Under the pieces are notes generated by a model. The model saw only the letters and a list, made by a program, of their open reading frames with translations. It was not told the DNA's origin and ran no database searches. From Trypanosoma brucei (taxonomy: Eukaryota): a DNA stretch of 64,000 nt. Each line of letters opens with the position of its first letter. The stretch's first letter is position 1. Of the stretch, positions 1 through 12,756 are shown in pieces. Location of the stretch: positions 2,848,001 through 2,912,000 of the forward strand of contig CM000207.1 in assembly GCA_000002445.1 (NCBI GenBank). The letters run 5' to 3'. The position numbers and the translations under genes were made by a program.

Positions 1-806
1 CTGTCTGTGTCCACGGTATGAAACTTTGTGTGTTTATGAATAAAAGTGGTTCGTTATGTTTATGGCAGTCGTCTTGTTTCTAGCTTGGTTCCTGTCTTCC
101 TTCCAAAAAAAAACAAACATAGAAACACCGCTTTGTTGATGTTTTGTTATATCACCACGGAGAGCAGACAGACATCATTAAACATGAGCTTTGTTGCGCA
201 TATGCAAACATATTTAACTCATGTAAATGTCGATTTCACGATAGAACTATACGGTTACCTTGACAAAATTTTAATGGAAACTTTTTTGTGCAAGTTTCCA
301 AAAAAGTTAAAAACTTTTCAGCCCATATCCTCCTGCATGTATTTCTTCTATTTTGACGTTTAAAACTTCGGATCATTTCTTCTTTAACCACAACTTACTT
401 CTATCCGGTAAATTCAAACAGTATGTTTTGTTATTACTCTTATTTGGTTGTAATTCACTTTACAGACTGGAAATATTACCAGGTGGCATTGCTGCTTTTC
501 ACGGGTGCAGCTGCTTCCTTTTATTTGTCATGCATCCTGAATGCTTTTAGGTCGGTTGCAATTAACCCTCAGTAATTTTGTCCAACTTGTAATCTTTGCT
601 TCGCCTTTAAATCCTTTGTTCGCTGCAGTAAAGTTTTTTCGTCTCTGGTCCTTATATTAATTGTTAATTCTTTGAATGCAGTTGATTTCTCACCCGCATA
701 GAAGTATGGAATATGTAGATTACTATTAGAAACTTCTTCCACCTTATATAAAGCTCTGATAAAGGTTTATATTTGTGCTACTATAAGCATTTTTCTAGAG
801 TTTTTT

Positions 807-826
807 CTCTCTCTCTCTCTCTCTCT
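807..826. repeat. (CT)10 dinucleotide microsatellite
   Basis: Perfect ctctct run seen directly in the sequence. Confidence 0.9.
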
Positions 827-839
827 GCTTTTCCTGTTC

Positions 840-1060
840 ACAGTAATTCATTAGTAGTCCTTATTTTAAATTTCTTACAAATAATAACATATTGGCGCAC
901 AATAGTGCTAGAAATTATAACTAATTCTGATAAAGAAAAGAGTTTGACATTATTTCGTACTTACTCAATCCTTTCTAATATTTATGCTTTTTCTTCTTAT
1001 TGCTTACAGCTTGATATTAGAAGCCGAAAACAGATTTAAAAATACAGTCTCAACCATCAT
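840..1060 (-). repeat. Conserved non-coding block of VSG-cassette upstream regions (paralogous copy at about 33480-33700)
   Basis: Long near-identical stretch shared with 33480-33700 (...agtagtcc.tatttaaa...gaaaagagtttgacat.atttc.tacttact.aatcctttc...). No ORF support. Confidence 0.5.
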
Positions 1061-1460
1061 CTGCACAGAACCTTATATCCAGACCTTAGTGAAATGCTGA
1101 GTATCATCAGCAACTTCTCTTGATGCGTCATTATATTATGCAAGGTTATGATGCGTACCCAGTTGTTTAATTCCATATTTTCTCTCTTTTTTGGCCATTT
1201 ATTGTGCTTTTTAAAAATTCCATAGCAATTTCATATGCATTTTACACTGCATATGTCTCTCCCTTATTGTTTCTTCAGAATATTCTCGTGTATGATGATA
1301 CCCATCTTATGTTTCTTGAAACTGTGCGTATTCAATTTAGTTTTTTTTCTGTTCATATCTCATACACTCCTTCAAGCACAATAATTTAATTACATTGCAC
1401 CATTGACGTATATTTCAGAGCCTTAGCTCTCATATTCATTTAGTCTTCACCAAACGTATT

Positions 1461-1590
1461 ATATTAATGTATGCACAGACTCACAACACTCTCCTATCAA
1501 AATCATTATTATCATAATTATTATTAATATTGCCTTAACTATTATCTATAAAATAAACAAAGTAAAACAAAATTAGAATATCACTTACTT
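1461..1590 (-). repeat. 70-bp repeat region (VSG recombination repeat), reverse-complement orientation
   Basis: ...cacaacactctcctatca..attattatcat.attattattaat... followed by aaataaacaaagtaaaac..attagaatatcac. Same composite motif recurs about every 3.5 kb; matches the T. brucei 70-bp repeat core (GTGAGTGTGTATATACGAATATTATAATAAGAGCAGTAATAATGATAATAA) when reverse-complemented. Confidence 0.8.
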
Positions 1591-1700
1591 GTCATACCTT
1601 CTGATCATACTGCTTTACATCATTAAGAAAACTAAAAAAATTCAGTTTGTAAAACATTTCGAATTTCCAAAGTTTGCACATCTCGCAAAGGTTTCACAAA

Positions 1701-1716
1701 ATGTTAAAATATATCA
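1701..1716 (-). promoter_or_regulatory. VSG 3'UTR conserved 16-mer (TGATATATTTTAACAC on the coding strand)
   Basis: atgttaaaatatatca is 1 mismatch from the reverse-complemented 16-mer, about 70 nt downstream of the VSG stop at 1783. Confidence 0.75.
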
Positions 1717-1782
1717 AAATAGAAAATTTTCATAATGTTTATAAACTTTATAAAGTTGAACAAAGTCCTTATGGTGCTAGAA

Positions 1783-3324
1783 TTATACCGAACTCACGAA
1801 AAAAGCAGCCAAACTCAGAGCAAATCTATTATTGACAAAAAACTGGAATCGTTGCATTCTTTTCCTTCCAATTTACAATCAGAAGATTTGCAGTCGCCTT
1901 GCTTTTTTCTTATCTTTGCATTTCTCTGTTGTTTTCTCTTTTGTGCCTCCTGATTGTTTTTCTGCTTGTTTGGTTGCTTCTTCATCCAATTTGCACTTCT
2001 TTTTGCCACCTTCTTCGTCAAACAATTTGCATGGGGGTTTACATTCAGCTCCTGCTCATTTGGCTGCGCAAGTTGCTTCTGTTTCAGTTATTTTTGGGGG
2101 TGGCGTGTTTAAATTTTTTTGTTTTTCTGTGGCAAGCTCCTGTTCAAGTTCCGCAAGTCGACTGGCTCTTCGGATGTATTGCAGCAATAAGCTTGCTCTC
2201 AGATCGTCGCCGCCACCTACTTCCTTCAGTGTCTTTTCCTCCGTTTTGTCCGCCAACACTTTCGTTGCCGGTATTGTTTTCAGCTTGTTTAATATGGCCT
2301 CTGCTTGACCTGTTGTTTTTCCTGATACTTCTTCCAGTAGCTTCTCTGTGCCGTAGTCTTCTTTGCTTCCTTTTTCGTACAGCTTTGCGTTCTTACGGAT
2401 GGCTTTGAGCGTAGCAACCGCTGTTGATGTATCTAATGCGTATTTGATTACCTCGTCTTTGCTTTCTCCGCAATTGCTGGTGTCAGCCGCGATCAGCCCC
2501 TTCAGTTTGTTAAACACCTTTGCCGGCCTCCTGGATTCGTCGGGCGCCTGCCAATTTCCCCCTATTTGTTGCAATTTGGGTATCCGGATGTCCGTTCTTG
2601 CTGGCGTCGAATGCGGTGTTACTTCTATGAAGCCGGCTATGACTGGGATGGCGCCTTGCGTGGCGTCCTGCCACACGTGGGCTGTTGAACTTGCACCGCC
2701 GGTTGCTAGCAGGTGGCACTTTGTTGAGCCGGCGCCGCTTGTCTGTTTCGCAGCCGTCGCCGCCAGCTCATCGAACCCTGTGTGCTTCAGCGCCCCGCTT
2801 TCTTGATAGTCCGCCGCGTCGATGTTGTCGGTGACGGCTTCCGGGCACCCAAGGCGCGTCTGCTTATTGCTCCCTGTGGGAGCGCCTCCGCTTGCCGCTA
2901 GGCACGGCCCTGTGCTTCCGCCTGTTGAAGCTGATATTTAAAAATCTACGAATTCGTTGATTGCTCCTACGCTCTTGGCGGCATTTGTGGTCGCCAGAAG
3001 AGCTGGTTTGATCAGCTGTTCTAAGCGTGCAGCTTGTAACTCTGCACATTTGTGTGCTTCCAGAGCCGCCGCTTGATAAAGGCTTGATGCATTGGTGTTT
3101 GTTTCTCTGCTCGCCGCTGAAAGTAGTTCAAGTTGGGCACTTTGTGCCGCTTTTATGGCATTTATTTCCTTATTCTGCTTGTGAAGATCTACAGCCGGTA
3201 TCTTGTCTAACTCTCTGGTCGCTTTGCACACCTTAGTTACGGCGGCTTCGTCAAAAGCATGGCCAGTCGTTTCAGCTCTATGTGTGAGCCCCGCTAAGAC
3301 GGTTATAGTTAAGACAAGAAGCAT
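1783..3324 (-). pseudogene. VSG: VSG pseudogene (A-type N-domain), at least 2 frameshifts
   Basis: Three minus-strand ORF pieces in different frames. 2938..3324 has the signal peptide MLLVLTITVLAGL plus A-type N-terminus. 2056..2676 is mid/C-terminal domain. 1815..2021 is Cys-rich CTD (GDCKSSDCKLEGKECNDSSFL). The proper GPI tail FFVNNRFALSLAAFFVSSV* ends at 1783 only in a shifted frame (T-run indel). Confidence 0.8.
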
Positions 3325-5256
3325 TTTTTTTTCTTATGCCTACGAAGATCAGCTGTGTGGGCGCAGCGCAGTTGCTTGACAGTGCGGTCTTGGCAAACAA
3401 AAAAAGGATATTTTGGTTTGGCCTATTGGAAGTTGCTGAAGTATGGCTATTGCTGCTGCGACTACCGAGCTAACAGATACACATGATCGCTTTTCTGCTG
3501 TTGCTGACCAAAATAACACAAAGTATCCCACAGTTTTCATGATCTTTCTGTACTGTTCTATTTCCTCCTCTACTATAAATTATACCGGGAAACTATATTA
3601 TTTGTTGTATGTCGAACTTACTGGTTAACACTATGTTTCTTCTTCCGATTATAAACCACAGTTAAAAACATCCACACATTAGCATCTATCCATTTTATAA
3701 TGCCTTGTAGATCACAATCCGTCTTTTTTCTTTGCATCACGTATTTTTTCCTTCTAATCTTTGATGTACAGTAGCTTATTCGGTCTTTTATAGTGTTTTT
3801 TTCATACTTCTTTATCTATAATAATTTGTACTTCTGCTGATAATGTAGCAGGTCCATTAATAATGTACACTGCACTGTTTTTACATAATTTTCTCTCCAC
3901 TTCCTTGCGAATCATGATCCCCATCATCACATTTGTGTTTGCGGATGCAAATTTTCCATTTCCATTTCTAAATCTTCAAACTAATTACAATATAAAAATT
4001 ATCACTTTGTTTCGTTGAGGTTTTCATATGTTCAACTTGAGTAAGTGTTGTATTTAGTGTAGAAAAAACATGTGCAAAATGACAAATGTATGGTCTAAAA
4101 TTATCGCATACGACTGTACATTAAATTATAAGTTTCTTGTCTATTTATATCTATCAGATCTATCTCGTTCATCCGAAATTTTAATTCTATAAATCTTGAA
4201 AATACAGCAGATATTTTACTCCTTAAAATTCAAATTTTATGGCTTACAATCTGTGCTATATGGCGGTTCCTTTGTAGTGGTGCATCCAGCTTCTGAAATT
4301 ATATAACTTTTTTCTTTTTTATTCTTATGCTCGACCTTACGCCAATTTTCTTCACAATCTACCTCATTTTAGGTTGTTTGCACTTCAGAGACTGTGCTTT
4401 TGGATTCCATTAAAGTTTTTTCAACTTTTCTGTCGAATTATTTGCCACGTTAGCACTGTACGATTGAAAGCACTTATATGAAATGTGCGTTCTTCAAATG
4501 TACTTATTTTTTCCTCTTGGCGAGTTTTGAATTAATGTAGTTTTGCTACTATTGCTCCCTGCTTCAATAAAGCTGCTATAATGTTTCACATATATTTTAT
4601 TTTAAGCATCCTTTACCAATATATCTTTTTTCTGTCTACGGTTATCAAATAGTAGTCCTCATTTTAATATCTATCTCTCAATAATATTATATCGTTTGCG
4701 ACAAATGTAGGTGGTTGTTACTATATGTGATGGGGCAGTTTCGACATTACTTTATTCCTATTCGATCACCTCCACTGTCTCCTACTTCTTCTTGGCATTG
4801 TAATCCACCACAATATTGAAAACCGCATTCTACCATCTCTACAGTGGAGTCTATCCACATCTCTGTCTAATACGGAGCGCAACTTCTCCTCCTAATGTAT
4901 CGTTTTCTCCTATGTTGTGCTATTGTGCATCCAGTTGTTTTCTTCTTAGTTTTCTTTCCTTCTTTTTACTCTTATATCGGTTTCTTCTGCAGATGATATA
5001 GGGAATCTATTAGACCTTTAAAATAGATACTGTCACCTCCATCATCTTTTAATTTTGATTTCCATCATTAAGTTTATCTTTTAGATCTGCGCATTACATC
5101 CCTCACCCCTTCTCCATCTCTTTCCTTTAATAACAAACCCCCTTTCTGTATAATACTCACTTTTCAACTGACTCCCTTAGCTCTATTGTTCTCCTTTCAT
5201 TTATTTAAGTTCTTCTACTTGGTCATTCTATTTAGTCCTCACTACAACCTCTGTCA

Positions 5257-5390
5257 TAATATTCGTATATGCACACACTCACAACACTCTTCTATCATCA
5301 TTATTATCATTATTATCATTACTATTATTATTATTGCTGCAACTCATATACATAATATGAACGAAATAAACCTTGTTAGAATAGCACCAA
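5257..5390 (-). repeat. 70-bp repeat region
   Basis: ataatattcgtatatgcacacactcacaacactcttctatcatcattattatcattattatcattactattattattattg motif. Confidence 0.85.
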
Positions 5391-5480
5391 TGTTTCATAC
5401 CTTTTCACCCTACTATTGTACACATTTTTAATATTTCACAAAAAATCAGAATTATTCAAAATTTCATATTTTTATCAATA

Positions 5481-5496
5481 AGTGTTAAAATATATC
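5481..5496 (-). promoter_or_regulatory. VSG 3'UTR 16-mer
   Basis: gtgttaaaatatatca is a perfect reverse-complement match, about 85 nt downstream of the GPI-frame stop at 5578. Confidence 0.8.
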
Positions 5497-5577
5497 ATAG
5501 TATATCAATTTGTAGAAAACTTTCTTGAAACAGTAAATTCTATAATTTTTATAAGATTGGGTAAACATCGTTATAAT

Positions 5578-7157
5578 GCTAAAATGCTACAAAACTCATA
5601 AAAGCAGCAGCATTCACCAGAGAAATTTTCTTAATAACGAGAAAACTGGAATCTTTGAAAGCGTTATTTTCCCATTTGCGTTCTGGAACCTTGGTGCATT
5701 ATTCTTGTAGCTTTCCCTTGCAATTCCCTGTTGTTGTTTCGGTTCCTCCAGTTTGAGATTGTGTCACAGTGACACCTTTTACCTTCGCTTTTTCCGCATC
5801 AAATTGCACTTTTTGCTGCTGTCTTCAGAGTCGTCATAACTGCATTGTTTTTCCTTGTTACACTTGTCTTTGTTAGCGTCTCCAATTGCGTTACAATATT
5901 CCTCCTGTGCCTGGTTGGTGGCGACTGGTTGCTTGCAGCTTTCAGTGCTGACCACAGGTTACACCCGTTTTTTAACTCTTGGATTGCTGCGAGTGTGCTT
6001 TTCTGTATCTCTCCCGGGTAAGTCAAAGTGCTTAATTTCACTTGGGTTTTTGATCCTTCCGCAAGCTTGGGGACCATGGTGCTTAGAATTTTCTCCTTTA
6101 GCTTTTGTGCCTGTGTAGTGGTCGCCGGCTCCACACTGTTGATTAGCGCGGTGGCTATTTCATCTTCTGTTGGTTTGGCTGGAGCTCCTTTTGGTTTATT
6201 TATGACTGCAAGTAGTGCTGCCTTGAGGTTTTCAGTCGCTAGGATGCTATCGAGTACTTCGTCGGCTGTCTCGCCGGAGCTGTTGTGCATGTGCTTTTCT
6301 AGTTGTCCTATTTTGTTGTAAAGTTTTGCTGCGGCTGTTGTCGCCTCTGGTGTTGCCCAAGAATTGCCTAGTGCGTTTAGGGCCGGGGTTTGTGCTGTTG
6401 CGCTTGCTGCCGTGTCGTGCGGTTTAATGGTTATGAAACCTTGGGCTATGTTTACGTCGTCGCCGGCTCCGCCGTTTGCCTTCCATAGCTTTGCTGCGTT
6501 GTCGTTTGCACCTACTAGAAAAATACATGTTTGTTGGGCGTTGCCGCTGTGCAGGTCTGTTTTCGCCGACAATGTTTTGAAGCCTTTGTTGTCCATTACA
6601 CTGGCATCGACTGTTGCTCGTGGTTCCGGTGGCTCTAGTATTTCTGCCGGGCAGCCGTACGCCGTTACAGTCGAGGCTAACGTGGCTGTGCTGTCCCCTT
6701 TTTGAACGATGCACTTGCTCGTGCTTCGGTCTTTAGAAGCCTGTCGGAGAATGTCGATTACCTCTGAAATGTGCCCACTGGTTTTGGCGCCGTTAGTGGC
6801 TGCATTTAATGCTATTGGGGCTAGAGTGGCCAGAGCGGTGGCAGCATCGGTCGAACACCTTGAAGCTCTGGCGCCCGCTGCCGCATAAAGCGTTGAGGTG
6901 TTGCTGTCTGTCGCTGCGGCCGCAGCCAGGTTTGCTTTAGCCGCCGCCTCATTTGCCGCCGATACCTGGTTTATTAGGCTTTGTATCTTTGCTAAAGCGA
7001 CACCTTCGATATCCGTTAAAGTTTTGGCTACTTTGCAAACCTTTTTGACGGGCTCTTCGTCAAAGGCGGGGCCACTGGGCGATACAGGCACTGCCAGCAG
7101 CTTTAGGGCCAGCGCGAGCGCCAAGGTACTTGTTGTCCGGCCCGAATTTCGGGGCAT
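5578..7157 (-). pseudogene. VSG: VSG, probable pseudogene (A-type; frameshift in C-terminal domain)
   Basis: 452-aa ORF 5799..7157 has signal peptide (TSTLALALALKLLAV) and a full N-domain but ends in a non-VSG tail. In a different frame the CTD/GPI end reads ...KWENNAFKDSSFLVIKKISLVNAAAFMSFVAF* with its stop at 5578-5580. Confidence 0.75.
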
Positions 7158-8811
7158 TGCTGTTACGTTAACTGTGCTTCGCTTTCGGTTCGCCTTGCTA
7201 TTGTGATTCTTAGAGGTGTGTCTTCTAGGAGAAAAAATAAATCCGCAGTTGTGTTTATACGGTGACAGTTTCCTGTTTACTCGACCTTTTTATTGCTTTT
7301 GAGTTTTTAGATTCTGTTCTCCCCTGTTAATGTAGCTTTTGCTTTTATTGGCCACCACTCCGCACGGCCAATATCATTTCAACGGCGTAAACATAATGAG
7401 AAGGCAGTAGGAATTCAAGTCTTAATTTTTTTTTGAGAAAATTTCTGTCAATTACCTTTAGTAGAAAAAAACATAACCAAGTTTTTGTCACAGGTATGGA
7501 TGGTGTCCTTTTCCTGCCAATCCCAGTCGCTGTCATGATCATGTCCGGCTTGTTGGTTCAACCCGTTGGTCCTGCTGTTGCTTTATGCGACTTTCAGCGG
7601 CTTCAAGTCTATCCTGTTAGCGCCTCACTTTCATGCACTCATGGACAAATTTTGCCATAAGCCTTCCGTTTACATTCACCCACTACAGTGTGAAATACAT
7701 ATTTACTGCTGTCGTTTTTCTGGACGTTTGTCGTCTCATTTGACTTTTGATTTCTGATATGTGGCTTTTTAGGTGTCATTGTTTCACTACATCTACTATC
7801 CTAGCAGTGAGTTGTTTTTAATAAGCTTCTGGTGACGTTGATGTCTTAAGTCGTTATTTTTTCTTTTTTTCTCTACTTTGTTGTTTTTCGCGCCCTCACG
7901 TTGTGACCTGAAGGTGGTTGGATCGGTCATTCTGTTGCAATATTATCGTTTTTTTCAAACTCAACGATACAGAAACCTGTTTGTATTCCAACCACCGTTC
8001 AGAGCTACTGCCTCAACTCTCTCTACCTGATAAGGTAAGTTTAGTTGCACTCTTTTAAGTCCTTTTACTTTAAGCTCCAAAATCTTACATTTAAGCTGCT
8101 TTTTTACAATTTTACATGGTTGTATCTAGAGAAGAACAAAGATATAATTTAATCTAATACAACTATCAATTCATATAAGTAAATGGAAAACAAAGGATAG
8201 CTGTTTCTACACTATCTTGTGGTGTAAAAGCTTCTTAATGCTTGTTTTATGCATTCTTTCCTTCGTTGTTTGTCTTTCAAATACTTTCTTCGGTTTTCTG
8301 CCTGTGATAAAAGATTTGAGGAAATCGCAAGCTTTATTGTTCGGAACAGCAGTTTTTTTGATTTTAATTCATTTGAGAGACGAACTTTTAAATAAAAATT
8401 CGGCCTTTATCAGATTTGCTCTTTTTCCTAGACCACTGTGTATATATGATAGAGCTTTGATTGGAGACAATGCATACTTCAACGAGGCCTCAGGGCACAT
8501 AGGCAGTGGTGCTTATAGATGTCCTCCGCTTGCACCACATCCTTTTGTGTTTTGTTAGGACTCAATTCGTTCTTTACACGGGACTATTTCTCTCCCTCAT
8601 CGTTCAATCCATTATAAAATTGTGTATAATGATGCACGTAGTCATTTTTATGAAACTGAGTGTCTTTTCTTTCCTTCGCTCATTATCTTCATGCATTTTC
8701 TTTCATAAAATTTTGCTTTTTCTCACACACTCACTCACATACTTCCTTTGCTGACTTTTCCTTTTAACGTTTACTTTGGCATTGCATTTAGTTTGCACAA
8801 ACAACCTCAAC

Positions 8812-8940
8812 TATTATTATAATATTCGTATATACACACTCACAACACTGTCCTATCAATATTATTACTATTGCAACCCTAATTAATATCTATAAAATAA
8901 ACCATGTAACAAATTAGTAAATATTAGAATAATACTCAAT
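8812..8940 (-). repeat. 70-bp repeat region
   Basis: ataatattcgtatatacacactcacaacactgtcctatcaatattattactattg... motif. Confidence 0.8.
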
Positions 8941-9068
8941 GTGAGTACCCTATAAACTTAGTACATTTTATCTACATGCCAAATTTATATGAAAATCACA
9001 TATATTTCAATTTTTGATATTACTTTATTTTCAGTTTTTTTTGCAAATTTTGAGGAGATTTTGCAAAA

Positions 9069-9084
9069 GTGTTAAAAAACATCA
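9069..9084 (-). promoter_or_regulatory. VSG 3'UTR 16-mer (degenerate)
   Basis: gtgttaaaaaacatca, 2 mismatches, about 60 nt below the stop at 9146. Confidence 0.6.
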
Positions 9085-9145
9085 AAAAAATTTATAAATT
9101 TCATAAGTATTCACAAAATTGAGCAAACCCCTTCCTGAAACATTA

Positions 9146-10552
9146 TTATAGAAGCAAAAATGCATGCACAACAGACTCCTTATGAATGACAAAAGAATTG
9201 CTTCCTGTGGTGTTTGTGTTTTTTGTTTCTGCCATAGATTCAGCTGTGTCTTTTTCACATTTGCTCTCTTTTTCATTATATTTGCACCCATCCTTTTTGT
9301 CACATTGATTTTTGTCATTTATTCCGCCGCGGTCGGTTGTTTCTTTTTTAGAGAGGCATTTCTTGACTACAGTTGGAGCAGCTTTCTTTTGTGCCATGTA
9401 GTAAGCTAGCGCCGAGCCCAGTTTGTCTAGGTCATTTATTTCACTTAATTTTTCACCCTGATCTGCGCTTGTCGCTTGGGGTTCGAGTGTTACACTATTG
9501 ACTGTTGTCCATATCTTGTTATCGAAACTGTTGTCCGCTTTGCCGTACACAGACTTCTTGATTCGTTCGATTTCATCTGTATGTTTCCCTTTCGCTGATT
9601 CCTTAGCTTGCCCGTCTATCGTAGCTAATATCGTCAGTTCGAATGGTTGGTCTTCTACTATTGCTGCTGAAAGTAGGTCATCTGGTTTAAAACTAAGCTT
9701 GGCGATAAGGGTTTCCGTTGTTTTCAGGCCTTTGAGAGCATCTGAAATATAGTCCTTGCTTGGTAGCAGGTCCGCTGGTTTCATTGTTGTTTGTTTATAG
9801 TCATTGTCGTCTGCTGTTTGTCTCTCAAGCTGTTCAAGTTTCTCGTTTAGCATGGCTCCCGTCGACATCCCAAATTGTGTTGCTGTCGTGTCTGCGCCGC
9901 CGCAGTTGTTGTCTGTGAGGCTGGCTCCTACGCAACACCGCAGTCCTGCTGTCTTGGTGCTCGCGTCTGGTTTGTTCCTTTGTAGCACGACAATCGCTAT
10001 TTTCGGCCCGCGTTTCTCTGGTACAATGGGACTGTCTGCCCCTCTTGGTGTTGCTGCCGATTTACCGCAGGCTTCTTTACCGGTGCCAAAGGCGACATCT
10101 TGTATTGGTTTGCCGTTTGCGGTTATTGTTGCCGCTGTGTTGCCGGCGTCGACACTTTCTACTTTCAGTTTGGCTACGTCGGCGATTAAGTGTTGCATCC
10201 CGTGTATTCTGCTGAGACTCGCTATGCTCGCCATTAGTGTCTCTAGCGCTCCGTTTAGGTTTTTTTGAGCCGCCGCTGTGCGTGCTGTTCCTGCTGAAAT
10301 TACCGGGGCAAGCAATTGTGTCAGTCGCCCATTGTTTACTGCCGCGGCTACTGATAGCCGCGCCAATATAATGTTCGCTTTGTGCAGCTGAGACTGCTGT
10401 GCCTGTACGGCGCCTGATATTTTTTGTGTCATTTTCTCAAATTTTTCGCTGCGTCGCACGCATTTCTCGTGTTTTTTTCAGTTTCGTGAAAGGCGTTGAC
10501 TGATAGTGTTACGAGCACCGCTGAAAACACCCGTTGTTGATATCGTCTTCAA
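9146..10552 (-). pseudogene. VSG: VSG pseudogene (frameshift near N-terminus; signal peptide out of frame)
   Basis: ORF 9146..10459 is 437 aa with the GPI tail ...NSFVIHKESVVHAFLLL* but starts at a GTG inside the N-domain. A candidate ATG/signal segment (MLKTISTTGVFSGA...) lies upstream, around 10545, in another frame. Confidence 0.75.
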
Positions 10553-11974
10553 CATCTTTGGTCCGCTGCGAAACCATACCCATGAGGCATAAAGAAGGGT
10601 TAATTAGTTTTAAGTGTACAGGTTTGACCGTAACCACTCTTTGTTGTTTTTGTGTTCTAGTCGGGTATGGACCGGATTTTATAACAATGACATATGGCTC
10701 TTGGTTAAAAGCAAACTCCCTTATAAAGATTTTGACAATTTTATCGTTGTTGATTTATTTGGCTACTTTCTGGAACAGTTTTATTAGATCTTTATTTGCT
10801 CCAGTCTGCTGGCGGTATATAATAGGATCTACGGTCGTTTCCTCATTTATTATATTTTAGTAAAAATGACGAAGTCTACTTTCAAAAACTACCACTTTTA
10901 AATCACAATCTTTATCAGTGTACATCTAAAACAATTAAAATTTATGATCGTTTTCCGCTTTTATCTTTGCACAAGCCTCTGTCTGTGGGAGTACTTCAGT
11001 GACGATACAACTCCACCGCCTCTGCTGTACGCATAGCCTTGATCAATTCATGGTATTGTACTGTGTGCACTTCCTTTCTTATGTTTTCATCAGGCAAGTG
11101 GAGCTCTGACTACACTCTTTTGTTTTGAAGTTTCTTGAGACGGTCCATCAAAGCCTCATCATCGTATATTCTTATATGAGTTATCCGGTATTTTGAGGCT
11201 GCTATGATTATACAGTGAGTCAGTAGTGGAGAGTCGGAGCATTATTTGAATCTTTCTGTACTTCATAAAGGTCTCTATTGTCCACATATATACTATTTTA
11301 AGAACCTACCGTCTTTATTGTTCTTTTTTGATCCATAGTATTCCGTTAGTACTCCTCGTTTTTAAATCTTTATCCAAGCAATATTATATTGTGGTACAAT
11401 AAATGTTGATTATTATTCTTATATCTTGTGAGAAGATTGCAACATCATTTTGAAGCTAAATACTCTCTTCTTTCTCCTGCTTACATTTTTTACTCATCTT
11501 TTTAACAGGTGGATATTAGGATCTACTATCAGATTTTAAACAACAGTTTTCTCGAACTTCACTGCTGCACCCATTGGTTTATGAGTAAAGCAGAGAGCAT
11601 CATCTCCTGATGTATTATTTTTTTTAGTGATGTACTGTCTTGCATCCTGTCACCACATTCTGTATTTTTTGTTCCTTGTCTTTACTTTTCTGCCACTTTT
11701 TTTGGATAACGTAGACAACTTATTTCGCCTGTAAACTGCATTGTGTCCCTTTATTATTGTCCCATCCCTCATATTAACCTATATGATGATTTCCCTTTTT
11801 ATGTATTAATTCGAAAACGCGAACATTTAATCTCCGTCTTTCTCTTCTTTTTTGCGCCCCCTTTAATAATAATATTACTCGTCCACTCTTTCACAGACTT
11901 CTTTACTTACTCCTTGTGTGCCCTTACCATATCTTTACTTCTTCTTTTCTGTACATTCATTTAGTATTTACCAC

Positions 11975-12100
11975 CATAATAATAATATTAGTATACACAC
12001 ACTCACAACATTATTCATTACCGTTACTACTATTACTTTTATGACATCAACTAATATCCATTAAATAGACCAAATAAAAAGAATAAACCAATTTATTATA
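11975..12100 (-). repeat. 70-bp repeat region
   Basis: cataataataatattagtatacacacactcacaacattattcattaccgttactactattac motif. Confidence 0.75.
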
Positions 12101-12237
12101 TGATCTATTTTTACACACTATCACCATAATATTTCACAGCCAGAAGTCACTATCATACCAAATTTTCATTTGTTCAGGATTTTACAATATGTGAATTTTC
12201 CAAATTTTATAAAATTGTTCAAAAATTCCTTAAAATG

Positions 12238-12340
12238 CTAAAATGCTATCATACTCACAAAAACAGCAGCCATAATAAGAGCCAATTTTTGATTGAGAAA
12301 AATACTGAAATCTTTGCAGGTTCCGCCATCCCATTTGCAG
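12238..12340 (-). pseudogene. VSG: Orphan VSG 3' end relic (GPI-signal coding segment only)
   Basis: Reverse complement reads ...DFSIFLNQKLALIMAAVFVSMIAF* with its stop at 12238-12240. No VSG body follows on the minus strand (12340-12600 has no VSG-like frame). Confidence 0.65.
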
Positions 12341-12756
12341 TTGCTGTTCTTTTTACAAGCTTTTTGGTTAGTTCCATGTTAGGCACACCTATCTTTCTTC
12401 CCATGTTTCCTTCTTGGTATTCTTCTCCTTCCCCTTTTGTGTTTTATGTTCCTCATTTAGATTTTCATTCCTTTTTTGGTGGCATCATAGACGTAATGTT
12501 GACTTGGGCATTCTTCTGCTGTTTTTTTAGTTTTCATTTATTCTGGCATGGTATTGTGAGCGAAGCTGCATAATGTCTGCTGGCCTTCTAATATTGGTCG
12601 CCTCATCGCTCTAGTCAGGCCGCGTGGCGTTTAATAAAAATTCCATAAAAAGAAAAAAAGCGAAGATAAAAAATCTCTGGTAAAAAAACAAAAAAATAAA
12701 AAAGGTAAAAAATTTAAGCGATGCTTCATTGCTAGTAAAAACTAATTTATTAGTAA

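Noticed and set aside
1832-2408. Plus-strand ORFs 1832..2308 and 1899..2408 (Leu/Ser/Phe-rich), and similar plus-strand ORFs inside other minus-strand VSGs (6364..6705, 9804..10268, 13388..13852, 20275..20661, 26257..26775, 46150..46707, 46574..47131)
   Set aside because: These are antisense shadows of Ala/Thr/Lys-rich VSG coding sequence. They have no independent features and the composition is the mirror of the VSG frame.
9146-10459. ORF-track start 'M' of several ORFs (e.g. 9146..10459, 46..363)
   Set aside because: The underlying codon is GTG, because the track translates alternative starts as M. I did not treat these as true initiation sites and looked for ATG plus signal peptide instead.
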